DNA from: Octopus sinensis
Taxonomy: Eukaryota
Direction of reading: 5' to 3'
Length of the DNA: 64,000 bases
Assembly: GCF_006345805.1 (NCBI RefSeq)
Contig: NC_043012.1
Location: forward strand, 33,232,001 to 33,296,000
The notes beneath the pieces were generated by a model, which made no database searches, had not been told where the DNA came from, and saw only the letters and a list, made by a program, of their open reading frames with translations. Of the stretch, positions 1 through 12,705 are shown in pieces; within the stretch, counting starts at the first letter, position 1, and every line of letters begins with the position of its first letter. Both the position numbers and the translations under genes were made by a program.

Positions 1-187
1 CCTCGGTACATCTATTTAAAAAAAAAACAATGTTTTAGAGAAGCAGAGAGTCGGCGGGCACCTTCTGCCTTCTCCCATCTTTATCATGTTTGATCATAAT
101 CATCTGCCTCATTAATGTATATGTCTAGCCCGCAAGCTACTCTTTGTAATACCTTTATGGCAAATCTTTATGAAATAAAGTAGCTTG

Positions 188-1810
188 ATTACCGTTGCGC
201 ATGAGCGAGACAGAGTTGTGTTTGACACTGAAGATGTAAGACGTGTTTTTGAAGCCGTCTTAAACTGAAGATTTTTGAAACTCAGCCGTAAGGTAAGAAT
301 TTTTGGGGGTCTAGTGGAGACCTGTTGTCTGTCGCAATTATTTTTCTTACAAACAAGAAGTCCTTACTGGATTCTAGTCTACCTGAGGTTGAGTGAAAAT
401 TGTTTTTCCATTTAATTGGGAAAATTATTGGTTTGGTGGATGTATTCTGCCGCAAAATTTTGTTTGAAAATAGTGTTTCAACAATATTGTTCCTGTCAAG
501 GAGTACCAAGAAGAAAATTGGAATGATTTTTTTAACTGTTTTACAATTGTGTTAAAATTTTGGCCTGGAGTACCGAATGGCCTTTGCTGTGATTTGAACT
601 GTTGCTCTCTCTTCATCTATCTTTTATTAAAAAAAAACTCTTTATTGAACTGTTAATTTTTTCTCTCCTTCCTTTTATTGGACTTTTTCCTTTTCCTTAA
701 TTATTTTATATTTTAAGAACTGTATTTTTGGACTTAAAAAAACATGGCAAATAACAATGAAAAGTTGGTGGAGTGGGAAATTACAACACCCAAAAATTGG
801 TTAAAAGAACTTGAAAGTAAGACGGTGGTTTTGAGGACCTACTCTAGGACCATCGACGCCATTGACGTTTTCAGAAAGGATAAAATCGAAAGAGAGCTGG
901 CAGAATTTAAGCCAGCGATTAAGTTTATCACTCGGGGGGTCAAATACTCAACCGTGTGGTTGCTGTTTGACTCCCCAGAAGTGGCTCTTGGAGGGCAATG
1001 AAATTTTGTTTCTTCCCACATATTGTGGGAAGAAGTTGACGAGGGCTTGGGTTTGCGGCTTGCCATCCGGAGTTGAGCCCGAGTGGATAGGAGATACTCT
1101 CCGCCGGGATCTGGGTGGCAGTAGCACCAAGCTCCTCAACGTAAATATTCTGCCTGCGGCTGACTGGGAGGAGTCAAAAGCTGTTTTGACCCGTGGACCC
1201 AGTCAGCCGAAAGTCTGGTATTTCCAGACTTTTTGAGAATGGCCGGGTCTAGGTATCCGGTGATGCTTGAGGGACGCCCCTCCCCCAAGTGTCATCGGTG
1301 CTTGAGGCCTGGCTATATAAAAAAGAACTGTTCTCAAGGGCAAAGCAAAGTCCTGGAGCGGTTGACGGTGACCTCTGTAGAGGAGGGAATGAAGGCGGCA
1401 CAAAAGGAAGAAGGTAAGCAATAATGGGTGCTCACCGAAGGATCCTGGGGATGAGGGAGGGGAGACGAATCTCCAGGTCATGGAGGAGACGCACCCTCCC
1501 CCAACCTTGATTTTAAAGGAAGCATGGGCTATGGTGGAGTACACGGACACAAGCGATGATGTGGTGGAAAAATGACAAGTAGTTGTAAATGGACTAGTGT
1601 TGATTCTATATTGAATATTTTTTGTATGTTATTGCATGTTTTTATATGTAATGGACTATTAAGTCCAATAATTGTAAAAACTGTCGTAGAAAAGAACAAT
1701 GTTTTAGAGAAGCAGAAAATCCTTGTTTCATCATTCACCTCATCAATGTATATGTCTAGCCCGCAAGCTACTCTTTGTAATACCTTTATGGCAAATCTTA
1801 ATGAAATAAA
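188..1810 (+). mobile_element. Tx1/L1-type non-LTR element, ORF1-only (internally deleted), ORF1 frameshifted
   Basis: ORF1-like pieces at 744-1001, 862-1236 and 1233-1424 in successive frames. They end in a degenerate zinc knuckle, CHRCLRPGYIKKNC. The 3' tail (1738-1810, ending AATGAAATAAA) is also present at 107-180. Flanked by AAGTAGCTTG at 178-187 and 1809-1818. Confidence 0.7.
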
Positions 1811-1949
1811 GTAGCTTGCTTACCAACCACATGGTTCTGGGTTCAGTCCCACTGCGTGGCACCTTGGACAACTGTCTTCTACTATAGCCTCGGGCTGACC
1901 AAAGCCTTTTGAGTGGATTTTGTAGACGGAAACTGAAAGAAGCCCGACG

Positions 1950-2005
<56 letters not shown>

Positions 2006-2218
2006 TGTGTCTGTGTTTGTACCCCCAACATCGCTTGACAACCGTTGCTGGTGTGTTTTTGTCCCCGAAACTTAGCGGTTCGGCAAAAGAGAGCGATAGA
2101 ATAAGTACTAGGCTTACAAAGAATAAGTCCTGGGGGTCAATTTGTTCGTCTAAAGGCGGTGCTCCAGCATGGCCTCAGTCACATGACTGAAACGAATAGA
2201 AGAATAAAAGAATAAAAG
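1811..2218 (+). mobile_element. tRNA-derived SINE, family 1 (5' head cut by the Tx1-like insertion)
   Basis: B-box-like GGGTTCAGTCCC, central (TA)/(TG)n and an (AATAAAAG)n-like tail. Matches the fuller copy at 55378-55547 plus 56646-56905. Confidence 0.8.
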
Positions 2219-2264
2219 AATCCTAATTCAACACACGATTTCACATCAGGAATATTGCAAACTA

Positions 2265-2302
<38 letters not shown>

Positions 2303-2479
2303 GTTTCTTTAAGCGTTTATTACTGTTATTTTATTATTTTAACGCCTGTCCATATATATTGGTTCTTTTATATTTCTTTTTCTCAAATTTAAGATAAACA
2401 GTTAATTCTAAATCTAAAATATACTCCCCTTCATTTTCTACAATGCTCTTCCATCTATCTGGTCGACTTGCAAGGCTCC

Positions 2480-3515
2480 TCTTCTAGAATTCACTTGTTC
2501 GTCACAAAAAATACTTCTCCAGTACTGTTCTGACCTCGTCTACAGAATTCATATTTTTCCGTCCAAACGATTTTGAAGACTGCGGAATAAATGATGATCA
2601 GATGCGGCAATGTCCGGTGAATATGGTGGGTGGGACATCGTTTCCAGTTTAAGTTGCTCTAGTCTTTGGAATATCATCCTCGCTGTATGTGGCCGAGCAT
2701 TATCCTGATGGAAGAACACCTTGAAACCAAAAATGGTCATTTTTCTTCTTGCGCCGACTTAAGCCGCCCAAACTGCTCACAGTAGATCACCTTTGTTATC
2801 GTTTAGTTTGGATTTAAAAGTTCAAAGTGGACTAGATCTTTCATATCCCACTAAACACATAACAACACCTTACGTGGGTGAATACCTTCTTTAGCCTGGG
2901 GTGCTGGTGTTCCTTTCCCTACCCACTGTCTTCGGCGCTTGACGTTTTTATAGAGAACCCATTCCTCGTCACCAGTCACTATTCTGTGAGAAGCGACAAC
3001 AAAGAACATATTCGCTCTCTGCGCTCGATTAGATTTGGGAAAGTTTGTGAGGAACCCATTGACCCAATTTGTTGACTTTTCCGATGGCACGCAGATGTCG
3101 ATGAGTGGTTGAATGACCAAATCCAAGCTTCTCTGCTAGTTCCTCAACAGTTACGATGAGATTTGGCGGTACCAGGTTTTGCAGGATGTCCTTATCGAGC
3201 TCTATAGATCTTCCAGGATGAGGCTTGTCTTCTAGGCTCCGAATTTGTGGGTTACGCTTATTGTCCGATCCTCAAACACTGCATTAGTATTCCTCGCACT
3301 TTCCGTTGCGTTGTTGCCTTTATTGAACTCATAAAGCAAAATACGTCCAATATGCTCCTTTGTCACTTCCATTGTAGATTTGAAAAAATAACTGCTAACA
3401 TAGAACTGCACAGCCTTTCCTCACTTAAAAAAATCTTCTTGCACAGGCATTGCATGATAACAACATTGATTAAGCTTCGTGCAATGGCCATTCTCGGTAA
3501 CGAGGGGGCAGCCAC
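2480..3515 (-). mobile_element. Mariner (DD34D) transposase remnant
   Basis: Minus-strand fragments IVTGDEEWVLY, HQDNARPHTA and HPPYSPDIAASDHHLFRSLQN. Frameshifted; boundaries approximate. Confidence 0.9.
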
Positions 3516-3519
3516 CATG

Positions 3520-3671
3520 TATATATTTATACGTATATATGTAAATATTCATATCTTTGTATACATATATATGTATGTATGTATATGTATATATATATAT
3601 GTATATATGTGTGTATATATGTGTGTTTATACATATATATATATGTATGCATATGTATATATATATATATA

Positions 3672-3718
<47 letters not shown>

Positions 3719-3736
3719 ATGTATACATATGTATGC

Positions 3737-3772
<36 letters not shown>

Positions 3773-3948
3773 ATGTATGTATATATGTATATTGATGCAT
3801 GTATATTTTATATTTGTGTACATATATATGTCTTCTACTATAGCCATGGCCGCCGACCAAAGCCATGTCAGTAGATTTGTTTGACAGAACTGAAAGAAGT
3901 ATGTGCTACATATGTATATATATCTATGTATATATATATACATATATA

Positions 3949-4018
<70 letters not shown>

Positions 4019-4230
4019 TATATTAATAATATATGCATATATGTATATATGTATATATATGCATATATTGTATATATATATATTATATATATATATATAT
4101 GTATATAAAGTATTGTAATATACATTATATATACATCATATATATTATATCTATATATATATATATATTATATATATATATATATCTATATATATATATA
4201 TATTATATATATATATATATATATAATATT
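3520..4230. repeat. (TA)n/(TATG)n/(CA)n compound microsatellite
   Basis: Direct reading. Includes a short SINE1 fragment at about 3829-3900. Confidence 0.95.
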
Positions 4231-4455
4231 AGGGAGTATAATTCCAAACTTACAAGGAAAAATTCAATTGAGTATTAAATCAAATTTCACAATATAAATA
4301 TATAATATATATAAATTAGAGAAAAACCACTATTATGCAATTCAAACAATGATAAACATAAACCAAATAACAAAGAAAAAATGTAATATATTATAAAATA
4401 TATTACTAGATCACAAAAGTACAAAAAGGAATAAACAATATATAATAAGTTAAAA

Positions 4456-4534
4456 GACTACGTACGTTTCATGGCTATAATTTAAATTCGAATTGAAAAC
4501 AATTCAATTTAAAAGTATAGTTACTCCTCAGGTC
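4456..4534 (-). ncRNA. Degenerate type I hammerhead ribozyme motif in an AT-rich Penelope-like terminus
   Basis: Minus strand reads GAC-CUGAGGA, long stem II, GAAA-CGUAC-GUA, then GUC. Confidence 0.55.
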
Positions 4535-5132
4535 AACAGTAATAACAATAATAGTTAAATAAATTATCAAATAGAATTAAACAATATTTCTTAAAGAAAT
4601 AAAATCATGATTGTTCTTATAGAAGAAACTCCATTAACTAAATTTGAAACTTAAACAGTAGGACCAGGTGCCTATAATACATTTATCATGTTAAAAACCT
4701 ATGGTAAAAATAGAGTTAATAGATAGAAAAATGTATTTATCTGTGATGATATAATTTAGCTTTAAGGATAACATTAACAAACTATAGAATATCTTTTCAT
4801 TAGCTATGCTCTAATATTTTACTTTACAAACTATTTTACAAAACAATCACACTTAATACTTTTAGATTTTAGTTCACATATAATAATTATAAAATAATAA
4901 AATTATAAATTAAATAAAAGTACGTATCTAAATTATAATTAACAAATAAAAAAAATTAGATATCCATATTTTTTTCAATCAATAAACATATAATTAAATA
5001 AATAAATAAATTACTCCATTATTTCTTAAATAAATATTATACATATCATTCCGAAAATATTTATGAAATAAAAAATAAAAAATTCCAAAACTAAAAACGT
5101 AACGTTTATAAAATTATTTGCGAAAAAAGTAC

Positions 5133-5165
<33 letters not shown>

Positions 5166-5718
5166 TATTATTATTATATTATTATTATTATTACATTCAA
5201 TAGTACTAAATATAATAAAAATTTTACCTATACTAAAAAAATTTTACAATCAAATTCACAAAGTAACCAAACTAATATTTTTTGATTTAAGTTCACATAT
5301 AATAATTATCAAATAGGAATAATTAAATAAATGTACGTATCTAAATAATCATTAACAAATAAAAAAAAATTAGAAATTCATATTTATCAATCAATACTCA
5401 TATAGATTACATTATCATTTCTTAAATAAATTGTATACTTATCACTCCAAAGGTATATTATGAACTAAAAAATTTCAAAACGAAAAACGTATTACTTAGC
5501 GTTTATAAATTTACTCGCGAAGACGTGGCTGAAAGAAATAAAACAAACAGATAGAAATATGCATTTTATCAATGAAAACTACAAATATATTTTAGCTTTA
5601 ATAAAAAGATAATAAATCACCCAAAAAAAAGAGAATAAAATCACTAAAACTGTAAGATATCATTCGCTAGAAACTTCAAAAATCTAAAATTACTGCGAAA
5701 AAACGTAAACAGAAATAT

Positions 5719-5807
<89 letters not shown>

Positions 5808-5820
5808 TATATATATATAC

Positions 5821-5883
<63 letters not shown>

Positions 5884-6029
5884 ATATCTATATAAACGTA
5901 TTTGTTCTTGCGTGTTTCTATGTCTGTAATATGACCATTTAATATATTGACACATAGATATATTCATAACGCAGTAAAAGTTTAGTTCTGATGATATGAT
6001 GAGAATAAAACACATATGTTAGACGCATA

Positions 6030-6122
6030 AATCTAAATTTACCATAATTTTTTTCCATCTTGTATACTCTCTAAAATTGCTTTATATTTTTCCTACAAAC
6101 CGAGCAACCCGGCGATCTGCAG
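6030..6122 (+). mobile_element. Degenerate 3' end of a non-autonomous Helitron
   Basis: ACAAACCGAGCAACCCGGCGATCTGCAGT resembles the intact end at 15324-15356. Confidence 0.55.
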
Positions 6123-6145
6123 TATATATATATATATCCCTATAT

Positions 6146-6214
<69 letters not shown>

Positions 6215-7560
6215 TATATATATATATAGATGGATACACCATATCCCTATATATATATACATACATACATTACACTTGTATACACACAACTTACATTCAT
6301 ACACACACACACCTACACACAGCCATACCTCTCACTCAGACACACACATCTACCTACAACACACACAAACACACACGGACACACACATATACATACATAC
6401 ATCTACACACACACGCTACACACATACATACACACATACATAAACACACACACATACACATATACACACATACGCACACAACGATACTTATACACATGCA
6501 CACACACACAATACACATACACCATATACATACCCCCATATACACAACACATACCCACATACTCCTATACGCACATACATACACACAGACATACACACAT
6601 ACACACTCACACAAACATACACAAACACATACTTACACACACATCACCTGCACGCGCACACACATGCATGACAACACCCATACACTCACTCATATACGCA
6701 CACACACAACCAACATACACACGCACACGCACACGCACACCCACCTACACTCCACACACATACACACGCACCTACATACACACACGCACGCATACACACG
6801 CATACACACATACATTACACACGTACACACCACCTACATACACATGCATACACACACACACAAAACATGCACGGACACACACACCATACATACACACATA
6901 CACCTATATACACACGCCCACACACCTACATACACACACATACACACGCCCACACACCTACATACACACACATACATACACACACATACGCGGACACACC
7001 CATACATACTTACATACATACACCTATACACACACGCCTACACACCTACATACACACACATGCATACACACACACCACATGTACGCACATCACACACATA
7101 TACGCCACATACATATATACCCACACACATGCACACACACACACACATACGCACATGCATGCATGCATGCATGCACACGCGCGCACACCTACACGCATAC
7201 ACACACACACACGCACGGTACACATACATACATACACACACATCCATACAACCCATACACATACTGCATCCTACACACACATACATACACACTCACACAT
7301 ACATACACACACACAAACTCACTCACACACCTGTATGTACGCGCACACACATGCACATACACACACTTCCCCACACCCACACGTACATACACACACTCAC
7401 ACACATACACACACACACACACACACGGACATACATCTATGCACACACATACATACATACATACACATACTCACATACATTCATCGGACACACTGCCACC
7501 CGGACATACACACAGACACACTCACACATCCCACACACATACATACTTACGCACATACTC
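6120..7560. repeat. (TA)n then degenerate (CA)/(TACA)n microsatellite field
   Basis: Direct reading. It explains the H/T/Y-rich pseudo-ORFs. Confidence 0.95.
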
Positions 7561-9325
7561 GCAGGCGCGCGCACGCACGCGCTTGCGCCGGTTCGCGCAC
7601 GCATACGCGCCGCAGGCACCTCGCTCTTGGACCTGACAAGACCTCCCGCCCGTTCCTTGGACCGTCGCGTGTCATTGGGTTTTCCCACGCCCGTCTCCGC
7701 GGGACCACTCTTCCATCTTCCCCTCAGCTGGAGTCCTTTTTCCTTAACCCCCCCCCCCCCCTTTTTCGTTACACACACACGCGCACACATACACACACAT
7801 TGCTTAAATATATACATTACTCTTACACACATTCAATCTACTCGCCATTAATACCACCACGACACTGGACACACACACACACTACTACTCACACAACGCT
7901 GGCACGCTACATACGCCCCCACCCCTTCCCCTCCCTCCCTTCCTTCCTCCTTCCTTCTTTTTCTTACTACTTACCTTGTCTGCTAAGCTGACCACTAGTC
8001 TCGCCCTACCTCACCACGCCTACACACAGACGCACCCACTAACACACACATATATATTTTTGTGTTTTTTCATCTCGCCTCACACACACACATACACACA
8101 CGCACACGCACACACTCACACATACACACACATCTGTTGCGTTACCAACCTTATCTCCACTCTTTTGCCTTTAAAACCCACTTTGCTCTGTTTTCGTAAA
8201 CATCCGCCTTTCACCATGTGCAACTCGTAAACACCAGTCGTCTTTTTTCTCTTTCCCTGTTGCCCCGCTCTGGGATCTTTCTTTCCTCTCTCTTCCTTCT
8301 TTATGTTTCCGAAAGAGCTCTCGCTCGAACGTCATATCTCCCTGCTTCCATTTCCTGAGCGCCTATTAATAATAATACTGTAATTGTTCCATTGTTGTTG
8401 TTTTTTTGTTTCCCGTTTGATTAAAATTATATGATATATATATATATATATAGGGATATTTTCTGTTTGGCTTACACTTTTCAGTTCTTTCAATTTTGTT
8501 CCATTTGATTTGGAATTTGGTGTATTGATGTGGTTGTGTATGCTAATTACGGAAATGAAATTCATTTTAATACTCAAAAAGTTTATAGCTCTCAAAGTTT
8601 TCAAATTTTAGGTCATTTTATTCAATCAAGAACCGCAGACATATTGGTCCTGTTTCCATTGTAATACGCCAAGGTGTTGTGTTGTCTGCTTACCTCTATG
8701 AGGAGAAAATATTGAAAAATATCATTACATATCTGAGTAACAGAGAAACGAGGAATGTGGTCGTGGGATGTACTAGAAACAACAACCAAATCTCCCTTAA
8801 ATCACTTTTCATAAAAAGATGCCCACTTTACCATTTCGAAGGCTGTGGTAAAAAACGAAAAGAAAAATCATTTTATTAAAACTTTGTTGAATGTTTTGTC
8901 GTCGTTATGTTGTCAGTCATCATAATGTCATCACGCACAAAATGCCATCTTCGAAAGCCTGTTTTCTGATTGGGTAAAAATTATCAAACTCTATCAAAAA
9001 TTATCAAATTTTTCTGGAACAAGTGAACAGCATCCGATTCAGCGTGAAAAATTACATCAATGTACCAAACAGAAAAGATCTGTTTCTTTTCGATCCTTTC
9101 AATTCCTTTCCCAGTAGCCCATTATCGCGCATATTGTTTTCTATGCACACATACCAACACAACCCTTTTCTTTCCTCTTTTCCCAGATATTCTCCTTCCT
9201 TTTTCTCTCTACCCTCTCCCTCTCTTTCATATCTCTCTTTCTCCCCCTCTCGCTACCCACTTCCTTCTTTCGCTCCATACATATTCCTCCTCCTAACTTA
9301 GTAGCCAACTTCTACTGTCCTGACC

Positions 9326-9364
<39 letters not shown>

Positions 9365-9365
9365 A

Positions 9366-9500
9366 TACTAGCAGCTGAACCCGGTTTCACCCAGTCGGTT
9401 TGGATGATGAGGCTGTAAAACCTGCTCTGTGTAAGCATTCGACTTGTTTGGGCACGTTTACGTTAAAAAACAATTTTAGAATGACGTTTTCTGTCAAAAC
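9366..9500 (-). mobile_element. Helitron-like 3' terminus
   Basis: Minus strand ends CTGGGTGAAACCGGGTTCAGCTGCTAGT: a GC-rich hairpin followed by CTAG-T. Confidence 0.5.
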
Positions 9501-10035
9501 GCTAAAAATATCTGACCAAAAAAAAAACCCAACCAAGATTCAACCAAATCAAAAAATAAACCCAAATACTAAGCGAACAAAGATGAACCATCCTTCTTCC
9601 ATTGCACGCGCACACGCACACACACACACAAGCACACACACACACACGCACACACACATTCATATACCCCCTTTTACATACACACACATATATTCAAACA
9701 GAGTTGAAACGCGGTTCGATATATTCTTTCAGCGTACAATTTTCATCATCCCACTACCAAATATGACATCACCCCTTCCTTGCACATTCATAAACACAAG
9801 AGTATTATTATAGTAGATTATCTCTATAACCATGGGAGCTATGAAAATGCAAAACCCGGATCACCACCGGATCATTCTACACATCTGTTTAATTTTTCGA
9901 GCAATTCCACCCAGCCGTTTGACCGTAAATCCCAAGATAAGAAAGAATCATCCATATATATGTATATATATGTATTTATATATGTATACATATATGTACA
10001 TATATATGTATATATATATGTATATATATGTATGT

Positions 10036-10100
<65 letters not shown>

Positions 10101-10360
10101 TATATATACGCGAAAGTGAAATACTTATTCATACCCATGGGTATGAGTAAGTATTTCACTTATATCTCGCGTATTTGCCGCTGAAGAGGGGAAAATTTCT
10201 TATGAATTAACCCCGAAGTTGGACCAATACGGTAATAACGAAGTTTTTAGAAATTTCTATCGGTTTGTTTCGAGATGCATAAATTATAATGGTTATTGAC
10301 AATTTTTGTCTTTTTTTCGGCATATTTGGCATTAGAATTTTTCTGTTGCCCTTATCTTGT

Positions 10361-10400
<40 letters not shown>

Positions 10401-10739
10401 CATACAGAATAAATTCAAATAGTCTATATTTTGAAATGTATTAAGTGAGGAAAGCCTTGCTTAAGGGAAGTATTTCCTATTATATATTATACGATAATCT
10501 GAAACGTGTGTTTTGAATACCTTCGACATATCATTATTTGGTTTGACTTCATTATTATGATTTATACGCCTTGATGCCAGTACAAACTAACCGGTCTGGA
10601 CTCCATTTACAGGATATGTTAAAAATTTGGAGTAGTCTTTTCCATTCCACTGGAATCGGGAAATTTTGGTATTGTGCACCGCTTCTATATATATTATATA
10701 TATATATATACACACACGCACACACATATATATATACAT

Positions 10740-10877
<138 letters not shown>

Positions 10878-10924
10878 TCACACACACACACACATATATA
10901 TATACATATATATATATATTTATA

Positions 10925-11042
<118 letters not shown>

Positions 11043-11154
11043 AAACTATACGAAAATAAACAAAAGACGAAGACAGGTGGTGTACAAAACAAACAGATGT
11101 ATTAGTACAGCACTCAGGAATAGAAAGTCTTTTACTTTTCGAGCTTGCGCTCTT

Positions 11155-11319
<165 letters not shown>

Positions 11320-11658
11320 ATACACACATATTTACATCCAATTTAATCTACGAATGCATGTGTACGTGAGGGAGTACCAATACATTTGTACATATTTGTG
11401 TAGGTGTGAATAATTTAGTACCAATGTATATGTATATTTGTTTAAGTGTCCGGTGCTGTGTACGCGTGCCCGCCCGCCTACGCTTATAAGTGTAGGTCTG
11501 TATATGGACAGCCGTATATTTTGTGCGCGCTTGTGTGTGTGTTTATGTATGTTCAAGTGTATACTTGTGTTTTTTGTATAAATCTTCTGTATACATGCAA
11601 TATGGAATGCACAGTGATTCGCTGATATTCTGGAAACTATAAAACGTTCTTGTATTCG

Positions 11659-12160
11659 TTTTGCAAGATTTTTGATGTGAAATCGTGTGTTGTATTTAGG
11701 AATGGTCAATTTGCCAGTTTAGCCAATAAAAAACACACACACTATATATTTGGTGTTAATTTGCTTCAGCTTTATTTATTTTTTACATTAATCTTATTTC
11801 GGCCAGAGTTCTTTCGTCACACTTCTGTGACCTCATCAGTGGTCCTTTGCTTTCTTCTTTCTTATTTGTGTGTCTCTCCTTACTAACGGTCAGCCATTTT
11901 GTATTTTGTATTCCTATTGTATGTGTCTTCATTTGCGCATGCGTATACCTCTATGTGTGTCTATGTTTAGTTAAATAGAAAGAAGAAAGCAAAGGACCAC
12001 TGATGAGGTCACAGAAGTGTGACGAAAGAACTCTGGCCGAAATAAGATTAAGATTAATGTAAAAAATAAATAATGTTGAAGCAAAGTAACACCAAATATA
12101 TAGTGCGTGTGTTTTTATTGGCTAAACTGGCAAAATGACCATTCCTAAATACAACAATAA
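11659..12160. mobile_element. Fold-back element (inverted Penelope-like termini) with 13-bp target-site duplication
   Basis: Arms 11688-11867 and 11973-12156 are near-perfect reverse complements. GTTCTTGTATTCG is repeated at 11646-11658 and 12161-12173. Confidence 0.85.
11994..12038 (+). ncRNA. Minimal type I hammerhead ribozyme motif (mirror copy on minus strand at 11801-11845)
   Basis: CUGAUGA (12000-12006), stem II GUCAC/GUGAC, GAAA (12024-12027), 2-bp stem III, CUC cleavage triplet (12031-12033), stem I GG(A)CCA/UGGCC. One extra G precedes stem II. Confidence 0.7.
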
Positions 12161-12181
12161 GTTCTTGTATTCGATCACATG

Positions 12182-12545
12182 AAACTAAAATATTTTTTTA
12201 TCTTAAAATATTCACAGTAATCTCTGAAAGGATTTCTACAAACACTCGGCACAGCCTTCTTCAATATTTGCAATGAATATTCAAAAGATATTAACCATGC
12301 ATACTTAATGATATTAATATCACTCCAAGGATGAAAATAATTTAATATCAAACTAATGTTTTGTACCAAGTCCTGAAGCCAATGTCGATAGGATTCGTAA
12401 AGGAAAGCAAGTAATCCTGTATGTAAATGGAGCATTTTAGGTGGTTAAGATCAATTGGTTAAAAGGTGAACTGCGCAAGTAATATTAAATTTAGATTACA
12501 TTATATAGGATTGCAAGATACAAACATCGGATATTTCACAAAGAG
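12182..12545 (+). promoter_or_regulatory. Conserved upstream block of ORF1, with CCAAT, ATTGG and TATATA elements
   Basis: Aligns with 25540-25915 over its length, and in part with 33045-33200 and 45511-45665. CCAAT 12379-12383, ATTGG 12454-12458, TATATA 12502-12507. Confidence 0.55.
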
Positions 12546-12705
12546 CATCAATGAAATCAGAGCTGTTTTTGAACATTGGGACTGTATAGAGAGGAAAATT
12601 TGCAGTGTGTATGTGTGTGTATGTGTGAGTATGTGTGTGTGTATGTATAATATAAATATATAAAAATCTGTAGAGTTTTCTTCTGATCTAAAAGGATTAC
12701 TCGAA

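Noticed and set aside
7560-7745. CpG-rich patch inside the CA field, considered as a small RNA or HDV-like ribozyme
   Set aside because: No recognisable motif or consistent pairing found by eye.
10440-10520. Possible hammerhead remnant (GAAACGTGTGTT)
   Set aside because: The CUGANGA core and stem I cannot be reconstructed.
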